A DNA stretch of 64,000 nucleotides from Ostrea edulis (Eukaryota). The notes beneath the pieces were generated by a model that worked only from the letters and a program-made list of their open reading frames with translations, was not told where the DNA came from and did not search any database. This document shows positions 1 through 11,900 of the stretch, in pieces. Every line of letters starts with the position of its first letter. The stretch's first letter is position 1. The position numbers and the translations under genes were made by a program. Location of the stretch: positions 3,720,001 to 3,784,000 of the forward strand of contig NC_079173.1 in NCBI RefSeq assembly GCF_947568905.1, in the 5' to 3' direction.

Positions 1-384
1 TGTGCTCAGCCTGGTGATGCCAAGGGACAGCTTTTATCCATGTCCTATTGTGACGGAAGACAAAAGATAACTTCAAATACAACACACTTTAAATATGAAT
101 TAAAGCTGCAACAAAGACGGATCTGATACTGGGTTATCTAGAAGAGTTGGAAATTTGTCATTTATTCGAAGTCAGTGTCACATCTGTAATTTTGGTGATA
201 ACATATTCTTTACTAACTTGTAATTTTAAACCAATGATTTGTAAATATGATTTGTCCTACCAATTTAGAAAAGTTTGATTTTGTGATCATTTGAAACAAA
301 GATATAAATACTTAATGCATATGAGACATTTATAGCAGTTTTTAAAAATACTATTGTTGATACACGTAGAAGAATGAAAAATAT

Positions 385-900
385 TTCTGATGAAAAAGTG
401 AAGATAACGAACAACGATGAAGCTCACAACTCCTAGAAGGAATACAAAATTAAGGGTTGGGCAAAGACGGATCCCTGGGCATAGCAGAGGTGCGATCATG
501 TGCCTAGGAGTAAGCATCTCAAGTCTACCGGTCACACTCACATCTCGATCGGGTAAACGGAGTAATCCGTAGTGAAAATCAGTGTGTAAAGAACAGTCCA
601 ACAACTAGTATGAAACACGTCAGACACCATTCGACCCAATGATAGGTTGTATTGGCAAAATATATTGTTATATAACGAACATAGAATTTGTGAAATGCTG
701 ACTTTCAACGAAACCCCCGTAACATCAACTTGTTTGTCAGTAACCTGACTCGATTCAAAAAGTGATCATACGTACAACAAGATCTTGCATATCGAATCAG
801 TTGAGAGAAATAAACACCATTTGCAGGTGATACTGGATATACATGCTTCTTTATACGTTTGTCACTTGTTTGGACAGGCATTCTATGGGGCAAGTTGGTT
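385..900 (-). mobile_element. 3' remnant of a Penelope-like (Naiad-type) retroelement
   Basis: Encodes PANGVYFSQLIRYARSCCTYDHFLNRVRLLTNKLMLRGF, the end of a PLE reverse transcriptase, followed directly by a 3' UTR shared with other copies. Confidence 0.7.
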
Positions 901-1776
901 ATTCCAATAATCTAAAAACCCATTTTATCTAACACATCTTTATATTATAGTACATCCTCATTGTGGAAAATGAGGATATTATATAAAATTCGACTCGCCT
1001 TTTCTTTCTTTCCAGGTACAATTTTTACCAAAAGCCAATCGATCATTTTGGCATTTATGCAAAGGTGAAGGTAACGAACAGTGAACAATTTCATAACTCC
1101 TGTAAAGACCTGTAAAGGTACTCTGCCAACATCACCATATGCAGTGTACAACACTATTAAGTGTAGACTTTAACATTCATTATATAGTTACACCCCGGAG
1201 GTCTGTGCTTTGCCCTACACAGTGCAAGGGTGGCATTGCTCGAATAAAATCTTAATTCTCTGCCCTTTTAAATTGACGCCCTTTCTTCGAAGTTGTGCCG
1301 GTTGGTTCCAAGACCCAGGAGCTGGTACGATTGGTCGATCTATGATAGCCGGGTTGTGCTTGAGATAGGTCATAACACACAATTCTCAGCTACATTACTT
1401 TCCTAGTTCTGACCTCATCCCGTCCGTTACAGTGTATATCACCTTTAATGAAATAAAAACTTCTCCATTATGCAGAATGATACTACTCTATCATACAATC
1501 TTTGATCCGCTCCGGTAATATTATGTCGCTACACATAGTAGCGGAGCGGATCAAAGATCTGATTTTAATCGGGTTGCCCGATTATATTTTTGCTACCTAT
1601 AACTATTCATCATGTTGCCCTATGCACGATAGGTCCTCACTATAAATACTGGTGTATGTCACTTTGTCTTTTCCCGTACTATAATTGATCACCAATTCTT
1701 TTTACTTTCAGTTTACCCACGCTAATCAGATTATCTTTATCAATTCAAGGCTTTACCATGGTGTTCTTGGTTTTAG

Positions 1777-1785
<9 letters not shown>

Positions 1786-1829
<44 letters not shown>
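1786..1829. repeat. (TA)n microsatellite
   Basis: Direct reading. Another lies at about 40783-40821. Confidence 0.95.
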
Positions 1830-1832
<3 letters not shown>

Positions 1833-1840
1833 TTTTTAAA

Positions 1841-2620
1841 TGAAAAGTGAAGATAACTAACTGTCATCAATCTTATAGAGAATACAAGGGTGCCTCCGTG
1901 GCCGAGTGGTTAGTGCATTGCGCTCAAAATCACGCAGCCTCTCACCTCTGTCGGCGCGGGTTCGAATCCCGCTCGCGCCGGTAAGTAAGAAAGTTTCCCA
2001 TTTTACTTTCGGAAGGTCGGTGGTCTCTTCCCAGGTACATTGTATCCGGGTTCTCTCTTTCACCAATAAAAACTGGGTTCCACCAGATAACTGAAAAATT
2101 GTTGAGTGTGGCGAAAAATAAATCAATCATATGAAGAATACAAAATTAGGAGTAGGGCAAACATGGACCCCTGGATACATCAGAGGTGGGACCAGGTGCC
2201 TGGGAGGAGTAAGCATCCCGTGTGGATCGGTCACACCCGCCGTGAGCCCTATATCTTGATGAGGTGAAAGGAGTAATCCGTAGTCAAAATAACAATCTAA
2301 AGAACGGCTTAACAATTAGTATGAAAAAGCATTTAGACCTAATGATAGGTATTTTTAAATCAAATTGTTATAACGACCATAGAATAGAGACTGTTGAAAC
2401 CCCTGTAACATCAACTTATTTGTCAATAGCCTACCTTGATTTAAAAACTTATCATACGCAGAACATGCTTGTGCGTATCGAATCAGTTGAGAGATATAAA
2501 CATCAGATGTAGGTGGTAATGGAACAGGTGTACATTGCTACATAAATGTGGGAAGTTGACATTGGAGAAGCTGAAGTCATCCCATTTCTCACAAAGTTGA
2601 GTTATCTCAAATCACACCGA
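1841..2620 (-). mobile_element. Penelope-like 3' remnant split by a SINE
   Basis: Same sequence family as 385-900; resumes after the insert at 2135. Confidence 0.7.
1888..2134 (+). mobile_element. tRNA-derived SINE, V-domain-like
   Basis: A box TGGCCGAGTGGT, B box GGTTCGAATCCC, 9-bp target-site duplication AGAATACAA at 1879-1887 and 2135-2143. A second 5'-truncated copy lies at about 26025-26195. Confidence 0.85.
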
Positions 2621-3213
2621 TTTACGTTTAGTGAAACGGTAATCCAAGAAGTGAAAGAATCTATTAACAACCATGGCTCGTATTTGTAACTGTTTTACTT
2701 ATATCTCTACAACCATATTTTATTTTAGTTGACAGCTTTTCCTTTCATTTTATTTGTAGTATACATTTTGTACATGTACCGAAGTATCAATATTTTTTAA
2801 TATTAAAATTCAACATAAATATTGAGACTGTTCCTTTAAATTAAGTTTTAAAAAAAATAAATGAAAAAAAGAAGTGTATATCTCGATTTTTCAATCAAGG
2901 CACATTTACTGAATTTCCATGCCACACACATTATTCTGAAGAAATTCACACCATATAGATTCTAAAGTTATAATTTTTTTAAAGCACTTGAAAATTCTAC
3001 AATTCATAACTCAGAATTTCGGTAATTTACCAAAAAAAGATAACCAATCCAAGGGATGTACATTACTACAAACCACTATTTACTCTGGAAGGATCCGTTG
3101 CATTCTGGCACCAGGGGGCGCATTACGCAAGCTTCATTTCCGCCGCTGCCAACTTTAGTCTCTGCATCATGTGATTGTTTGTATAAAGTTTAACGTACCT
3201 CTATGAATTTTTC

Positions 3214-3486
3214 CCTCATATGGAGACGTCACCAATACCGGTGAAGGGCTTTAGATTTAGGCCTATACTCGGCGCTTATGGCCATTGAGCAGTGAGGGTA
3301 CTGTGACAAGGGACATCCGTTTTAAGGTCATCTCCAAGGACCCGTGATATTCACACCTGATGCCGAGCGTTTGGCGATGGAACTGTCACTACATGTGTTA
3401 ACGACTTAGACTGTCGCGGCCGGGATTCGAACCCCGACCTTCCGCATGCGGGGCAAACACTCTACTTTCTAGACCACCGCGGCGGT
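3214..3486 (-). mobile_element. tRNA-derived SINE, Meta-domain-like
   Basis: Head ACCGCCGCGGTGGTCTAGA...GGGTTCGAATCCCGG; body shared with 3608-3920. Confidence 0.8.
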
Positions 3487-3607
3487 ACTCCTGCATAATG
3501 TGACAATTTTATCATATATATATATTATAGATAGAAATGGTGGATAAAAAGCAAGAAAAGGTAAAGATAATGTACAGCGATCAAGTTCATAACTACTACA
3601 TGTATAA

Positions 3608-3920
3608 ACCGACACGATGGTCTAGAGGTAGAGCGTTCGCCGCGCATGCGGAAGGTCGGGATTCGAATTCCAACCGCGACAAACCTAAGTCGTTAAAACA
3701 GGTAGTGACAGTTCCATCGTAAAACACTCGACAGCAGGTGCAAATGCCACGGGTCCTCAAAAATGACCTTAAAACGGATGACCTGTGTCACAGTAGGTGT
3801 GGCACGCTAAAAAAAACTCCTTACTGTGGTTGTAAGCTCCGAGCAAAGGCCTAAATATGAAGCCCTTCGCCGGTCTAGGTGACGTCTCTATATGAAAAAT
3901 TCTCGAGACATTAAATTAGA
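3608..3920 (+). mobile_element. tRNA-derived SINE, Meta-domain-like
   Basis: A/B boxes and the central TGTGTCACAGTAGGTGTGGCACGCTAAA motif. Confidence 0.8.
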
Positions 3921-3934
3921 TACAACCAAGACTA

Positions 3935-4790
3935 CATGTATAAGAAATACAAAATTAAGAGTTGGGCAAACACGGATTCCTGGATATACCAGAGATGGAA
4001 TCAGGTGCTTAGGAGGAATAAGTATCCCCTGTCGACTGGTCACACCCACCACGAGTCCTACACCTCGATCAGGTAAACGGCAGTGTAACGAACGGCCTAA
4101 CAATTGGTATGAAATAGCATCTGACCCAATGACAGGTTGTATTGACAAACTAGATCGTTATAAAGACCATACATTTTGGAAAATGTTGACTTTAAACAAG
4201 ACTGTTGAAACCCTGTAACATCGATTTGTTGGCGAGTAGCCTGCTTCGATTCAAAACGTGATCATACAAAGAACAAGCTCTTGCATATCGAATCAGCTGA
4301 GAGACCTACATGTAAAACACCATATGCAGGTTATAATGGAATATAATAATAATAATAATAATTGGTTTTATATAGCGCCTTTTCCAGCATATGCTGCTCA
4401 AAGCACTTTACAATAATCAATGTACATTATTACCCCGGCAGACCTTATATCAATCTAGAACTTTCTCAACCTCCTAGGAAGCATACAGTGCAAGCTGCCA
4501 TTACAAGCGCTAGAGAACTAACATTCTAAAAATATCTTTCATTGTCTATAACCAGGTACCCCTTTTACACTTGGGTGGAGTGAGGAAATTCATGTAAAGT
4601 GCCTTTCCCAAGGACACAACATCAGCCCTGCCGCGGCTAGGACTCGAACCCATGACCTTTCGGTCGAGAGTCTGACGGCCTAACCACTCGGCCACCGACG
4701 CCACAATATTGCTACAAAAATATGGGAAGTTGACAATGGAGAAGCTAAGTCGTCTCATTTGTCATAAAGTTGTTAGTTTGCTGTCATTAT
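3935..4790 (-). mobile_element. Penelope-like 3' remnant split by a CORE-type SINE
   Basis: Translates to FSIVNFPYFCSNI, then after the insert IPL*PAYGV..SQLIRYARAC. Confidence 0.75.
4345..4704 (-). mobile_element. tRNA-derived CORE-type SINE with (ATT)n tail
   Basis: A box TGGCCGAGTGG, B box GGTTCGAGTCC, CORE-like TGTGTCCTTGGGAAAGGCACTT, target-site duplication AATAT. Confidence 0.85.
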
Positions 4791-5474
4791 AGCATCTTTG
4801 TTCATTAAAATATCTAAGTATGAAGTAGATGTGGAAGACTCTGTGGTGTCATTTATTTTGAGTTCATTTAGATGTATTGAATCAACATGTGAATGAAAAT
4901 GATTATTGTTTTAAACACATCTTTAAATATATCGGAGTCAATGGGACAAATGAATGAGTTACATGTACCATACAGTTGTAGATTTCGAAACTTCACAAAC
5001 AACAGAAATACATTGCAGGATTCAGTACATGTTCTCCAAAACCATATCTTTACTCCTCACAAAAATAGTTCTCCAAAACCATATCTTTAATCCTCACAAA
5101 ATATCAACTGCTGTGAAGGCGTTTCAGATGCATTGTGCCACATATGCAAGAAAAGTGGTATGAATCAAAATGTGGATTCTCAAAATTAAAAAAAAAACTT
5201 GTAATAAACTTGTAATTAACATAGGCATAGTGACATAAATGTTGGCTGCATAATCCGAGACATGTAAAATGTCAGTTTTACCAACTGATTTACAGTATTT
5301 GGGTAATCTTAGCTTTGCTGCATAGCACAATCTCATTATACACCTATCAACAGTTTGTTCATCAAGGACAAAGGAAGATACACTTGTATGTAATAAATGT
5401 TATTTATTTGATTCTGGAATTAAAATCACAATTCTGCATATTGATGCCAGCACTTATAATAAAGCCAGTCTGAT

Positions 5475-5590
5475 CCTGCTGGCTGTTGGTTGCACTACCT
5501 GCTGGCTGTTGGTTGCACTACCTGCTGGCTGTTGGTTGCACTACCTGCTGGCTGTTGGTTGCACTACCTGCTGGCTGTTGGTTGCACTAC
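5475..5590. repeat. 23-bp minisatellite, 5 copies
   Basis: CCTGCTGGCTGTTGGTTGCACTA, perfect copies. Confidence 0.95.
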
Positions 5591-5785
5591 CCCCTTACAG
5601 TTACATAACATGTGTATATTTACCTCTCAATCACACGTACGTAATACAGAATATTTCAATAAAATACTTACAAGCTTTCGAGTTTAACTATGTACACTAT
5701 ATACATGTGTAAAAGGTATCAAATTCTATATTTTCTAGTAGTTGTATTTATTATTTTGATAAAAAGCAAAGTCACATTCACTTTC

Positions 5786-5952
5786 TCAAGTACATAATCG
5801 CCATACTTCAAAAGCTAATTTCGGTGTTATAAGGGCGGATATCAGGGATGACAGTAAGTTAACACTGTGATTGTCTAAAAGCTCCATACCAGAAATATAG
5901 TCTATATCACTCCCCGAATGTTCAACAACGCATCCTCGCCTCCTATCATATC
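5786..5952 (-). CDS. TMEM19: TMEM19 exon 6 (last coding): GYDRRRGCVVEHSGSDIDYISGMELLDNHSVNLLSSLISALITPKLAFEVWRLCT*
   Basis: Acceptor ttttacag|GA, phase 1, stop TGA at 5786-5788; matches the TMEM19 C-terminus. Confidence 0.93.
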
Positions 5953-8900
5953 CTGTAAAACAAATCACAACGAAATAAAACTCTTATCATTTTAAGAATG
6001 CTTAACTCAGACACATATTTGTTCTGTTGTCACATGTTTTTAACACTTAACTGAGTCACATATTTGTTCTGTTGTCACACATATTTAACTCTTAACTGAG
6101 TCACATATTTGTTCTGTTGTCACGTGTCTTTAACACTTAACTGTGTCACGTGTCTTTAACACTTAACTGAGTCACATATATATCCTGTTGTCACGTATCT
6201 TTAACACTTAACTGAGTCACATATTTGTTCTGTTGTCACGTGTCTTTAACACTTAACTGAGTCACATATATATCCTGTTGTCACGTGTCTTTAACACTTA
6301 ACTGAGTCACATATTTGTCCTGTTGTCACGTGTCTTTAACACTTAACTGAGTCACATATTTGTTCTGTTGTCACGCATCTATAACACTTAACTGAGTCAC
6401 ATATTTGTTCTGTTGTCACGCGTCTATAACACTTAACTGAGTCACATATTTGTTCTGTTGTAACACGTCTTTAACACTTAACTGAGTCACATATTTGTTC
6501 TGTTTTCACGCGTCTATAACACTTAACTGAGTCACATATTTGTTCTGTTGTCACGTATCTTTAACACTTAACTGAGTCACATATTTGTTATGTTGTCACG
6601 TGTCTTTAACACTTAACTGAGTCACATATTTGTCCTGTTGTCACGTGTCTTTAACACTTAACTGAGTCACATATTTGTTCTGTTGTCACGCGTCTATAAC
6701 ACTTAACTGAGTCACATATTTGTTCTGTTGTCACGCGTCTATAACACTTAACTGAGTCACATATTTGTTCTGTTGTAACACGTCTTTAACACTTAACTGA
6801 GTCACATATTTGTTCTGTTGTCACGCGTCTATAACACTTAACTGAGTCACATATTTGTTCTGTTGTCACGTATCTTTAACACTTAACTGAGTCACATATT
6901 TGTTCTGTTGTCATGCGTCTTTAACACTTAACTGAGTCACATATTTGTTCTGTTGTCACGTGTCTTTAACACTTAACTGAGTCACATATTTGTTCTGTTT
7001 TTATACGTCTTTAACACTTAACTGAGTCACATATTTGTTCTGTTGTCACGCGTCTTTAACACTTAACTGAGTCACATATTTGTTCTGTTGTAACACGTAT
7101 TTAACACTTAACTGAGTCACATATTTGTTCTGTTGTAACACGTCTTTAACACTTAACTGAGTCACATATTTGTTCTGTTGTAACACGTCTTTAACACTTA
7201 ACTGAGTCACATATTTGTCCTGTTGTAACACGTCTTTAACACTTAACTGAGTCACATATTTGTACTGTTGTCACGCGTCTATAACACTTAACTGACTCAC
7301 ATATTTGTACTGTTGTCACGCGTCTATAACACTTAACTGAGTCACATATTTGTCCTGTTGTCACATGTTTTTGACACTTAACTGAGTCACATATTTGTTA
7401 TGTTGTCACATGTTTTTAACACTTATCTGAGTCACATATTTGTTCTGTTGTCACATGTTTTTAACACTTAACTGAGTCACATATTTGTTCTGTTGTCACA
7501 TGTTTTTAACACTTAACTGAGTCACATATTTGTTATGTTGTCATGCGTCTTTAACACTTAACTGAGTCACATATTTGTTCTGTTGTCACGTGTTTTTAAC
7601 ACTTAACTGAGTCACATATTTGTTATGTTGTCACGCGTCTTTAACACTTAACTGTCGAGTCACATATTTGTCCTGTTGTCACGCGTCTATAACACTTAAC
7701 TGTCGAGTCACATATTTGTCCTGTTGTCACGCGTCTATAACACTTAACTGTCGAGTCACATATTTGTACTGTTGTCACGCGTCTATAACACTTAACTGTT
7801 GAGTCACATATTTGTTATGTTGTCACGCGTCTTTAACACTTAACTGTCGAGTCACATATTTGTCCTGTTGTCACGCGTCTATAACACTTAACTGTCGAGT
7901 CACATATTTGTCCTGTTGTCACGCGTCTATAACACTTAACTGAGTCACATATTTGTTCTGTTGTCACGCGTCTATAACACTTAACTGAGTCACAAATTTG
8001 TTCTGTTGTAACACGTCTTTAACACTTAACTGAGTCACATATTTGTTCTGTTGTCACGCGTCTATAACACTTAACTGTTGAGTCACATATTTGTTCTGTC
8101 GTCACTCGTCTTTAACACTTAACTGTCGAGTCACATATTTGTCCTGTTGTCACGCGTCTATAACACTTAACTGTCGAGTCACATATTTGTCCTGTTGTCA
8201 CGCGTCTATAACACTTAACTGAGTCACATATGTGTTCTGTTGTCACGCATCTATAACACTTAACTGAGTCACATATTTGTTCTGTTGTAACACGTCTTTA
8301 ACACTTAACTGAGTCACATATTTGTCCTGTTGTCACGCGTCTATAACACTTAACTGTTGAGTCACATATTTGTTCTGTTGTCACTCGTCTTTAACACTTA
8401 ACTGTTGAGTCAGATATTTGTCCTGTTGTCACGCGTCTATAACACTTAACTGTCGAGTCACATATTTGTCCTGTTGTCATGCGTCTATAACACTTAACTG
8501 TCGAGTCACATATTTGTCCTGTTGTCACGCGTCTATAACACTTAACTGAGTCACATATTTGTTCTGTTGTCACGCGTCTATAACACTTAACTGAGTCACA
8601 TATTTGTTCTGTTGTCACGCGTCTATAACACTTAACTGTCGAGTCACATATTTGTCCTGTTGTCACGCGTCTATAACACTTAACTGAGTCACATATTTGT
8701 TCTGTTGTCACGCGTCTATAACACTTAACTGAGTCACATATTTGTTCTGTTGTCACGCGTCTATAACACTTAACTGAGTCACATATTTGTTCTGTTGTCA
8801 CGCGTCTATAACACTTAACTGTCGAGTCACATATTTGTCCTGTTGTCACGCGTCTATAACACTTAACTGAGTCACATATTTGTTCTGTTGTCACGCGTCT

Positions 8901-11900
8901 ATAACACTTAACTGAGTCACATATTTGTTCTGTTGTCACGCGTCTATAACACTTAATTGTCGAGTCACATATTTGTCCTGTTGTCACGCGTCTATAACAC
9001 TTAACTGAGTCACATATTTGTTCTCTTGTCACGCGTCTTTAACACTTAACTGAGTCACATATTTGTTCTGTTGTAACACGTCTTTAACACTTAACTGTCG
9101 AGTCACATATTTGTTCTGTTGTCACGCGTCTTTAACACTTAACTGAGTCACATATTTGTTCTGTTGTAACACGTCTTTAACACTTAACTGTCGAGTCACA
9201 TATTTATCCTGTTGTAACACGTCTTTAACACTTAACTGAGTCACATATTTGTACTGTTGTCACGCGTCTATAACACTTAACTGACTCACATTTGTACTGT
9301 TGTCACGCGTCTATAACACTTAACTGAGTCACATATTTGTTCTGTTGTCACATGTTTTTGACACTTAACTGAGTCACATATTTGTTATGTTGTCACATGT
9401 TTTTAACACTTAACTGAGTCACATATTTGTTCTGTTGTCACATGTTTTTAACACTTAACTGAGTCACATATTTGTTCTGTTGTCACATGTTTTTAACACT
9501 TAACTGAGTCACATATTTGTTATGTTGTCATGCGTCTTTAACACTTAACTGAGTCACATATTTGTTCTGTTGTCACGTGTTTTTAACACTTAACTGAGTC
9601 ACATATTTGTCCTGTTGTCACACATCTTTAACACTTAACTGAGACACATATTTGTTCTGTTGTAACACGTATTTAACACTTAACTGAGTCACATATTTGT
9701 TCTGTTGTCACGTGTTTTTAACACTTAACTGAGTCACATATTTGTTATGTTGTCACGCGTCTTTAACACTTAACTGTCGAGTCACATATTTGTCCTGTTG
9801 TCACGCGTCTATAACACTTAACTGTCGAGTCACATATTTGTCCTGTTGTCACGCGTCTATAACACTTAACTGTCGAGTCACATATTTGTCCTGTTGTCAC
9901 GCGTCTATAACACTTAACTGTCGAGTGACATATTTGTCCTGTTGTCACGCGTCTATAACACTTAACTGTTGAGTCACATATTTGTTATGTTGTCACGCGT
10001 CTTTAACACTTAACTGTCGAGTCACATATTTGTCCTGTTGTCACGCGTCTATAACACTTAACTGTCGAGTCACATATTTGTCCTGTTGTCACGCGTCTAT
10101 AACACTTAACTGAGTCACATATGTGTTCTGTTGTCACGCGTCTATAACACTTAACTGAGTCACATATTTGTTCTGTTGTAACACGTCTTTAACACTTAAC
10201 TGAGTCACATATTTGTCCTGTTGTCACGCGTCTATAACACTTAACTGTTGAGTCACATATTTGTCCTGTTGTCACGCGTCTATAACACTTAACTGTTGAG
10301 TCACATATTTGTCCTGTTGTCACGCGTCTATAACACTTAACTGTCGAGTCACATATTTGTCCTGTTGTCACGCGTCTATAACACTTAACTGAGTCACATA
10401 TTTGTTCTGTTGTCACGCGTCTATAACACTTAACTGAGTCACATATTTGTTCTGTTGTCACGCGTCTATAACACTTAACTGTCGAGTCACATATTTGTCC
10501 TGTTGTCACGCGTCTATAACACTTAACTGAGTCACATATTTGTTCTGTTGTCACGCGTCTATAACACTTAACTGAGTCACATATTTGTTCTGTTGTCACG
10601 CATCTATAACACTTAACTGAGTCACATATTTGTTCTGTTGTCACGCGTCTATAACACTTAACTGTTGAGTCACATATTTGTCCTGTTGTCACGCGTCTAT
10701 AACACTTAACTGAGTCACATATTTGTTCTGTTGTCACGCGTCTATAACACTTAACTGAGTCACATATTTGTTCTGTTGTCACGCGTCTATAACACTTAAC
10801 TGAGTCACATATTTGTTCTGTTGTCACGCGTCTATAACACTTAACTGAGTCACATATTTGTTCTGTTGTCACGCGTCTATAACACTTAACTGTCGAGTCA
10901 CATATTTGTCCTGTTGTCACGCGTCTATAACACTTAACTGAGTCACATATTTGTTCTGTTGTCACGCGTCTTTAACACTTAACTGAGTCACATATTTGTT
11001 CTGTTGTAACACGTATTTAACACTTAACTGAGTCACATATTTGTTCTGTTGTAACACGTCTTTAACACTTAACTGAGTCACATATTTGTTCTGTTGTAAC
11101 ACGTCTTTAACACTTAACTGAGTCACATATTTGTACTGTTGTAACACATCTTTAACACTTAACTGAGTCACATATTTGTACTGTTGTCACGCGTCTATAA
11201 CACTTAACTGACTCACATATTTGTACTGTTGTCACGCGTCTATAACACTTAACTGAGTCACATATTTGTCCTGTTGTCACATGTTTTTGACACTTAACTG
11301 AGTCACATATTTGTTATGTTGTCACATGTTTTTAACACTTAACTGAGTCACATATTTGTTCTGTTGTCACATGTTTTTAACACTTAACTGAGTCACATAT
11401 TTGTTCTGTTGTCACATGTTTTTAACACTTAACTGAGTCACATATTTGTTATGTTGTCATGCGTCTTTAACACTTAACTGAGTCACATATTTGTTCTGTT
11501 GTCACGTGTTTTTAACACTTAACTGAGTCACATATTTGTCCTGTTGTCACACATCTTTAACACTTAACTGAGACACATATTTGTTCTGTTGTAACACGTA
11601 TTTAACACTTAACTGAGTCACATATTTGTTATGTTGTCACGCGTCTTTAACACTTAACTGTCGAGTCACATATTTGTCCTGTTGTCACGCGTCTATAACA
11701 CTTAACTGTCGAGTCACATATTTGTCCTGTTGTCACGCGTCTATAACACTTAACTGTTGAGTCAGATATTTGTCCTGTTGTCACGCGTCTATAACACTTA
11801 ACTGTCGAGTCACATATTTGTCCTGTTGTCACGCGTCTATAACACTTAACTGTCGAGTCACATATTTTTTCTGTTGTCACGCGTCTATAACACTTAACTG

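Noticed and set aside
700-720. In-frame TGA in the Penelope-like remnant as a selenocysteine codon
   Set aside because: The other copy reads Q-S-C-L-K here; the TGA coincides with a local deletion in a decayed copy.
1888-1980. tRNA genes, here and at about 3410-3486, 3608-3680, 4625-4704, 21651, 21880, 42565-42637 and 63580-63660
   Set aside because: A and B boxes are present but the cloverleaves are imperfect and each is fused to a SINE body found in several copies; these are SINE heads.
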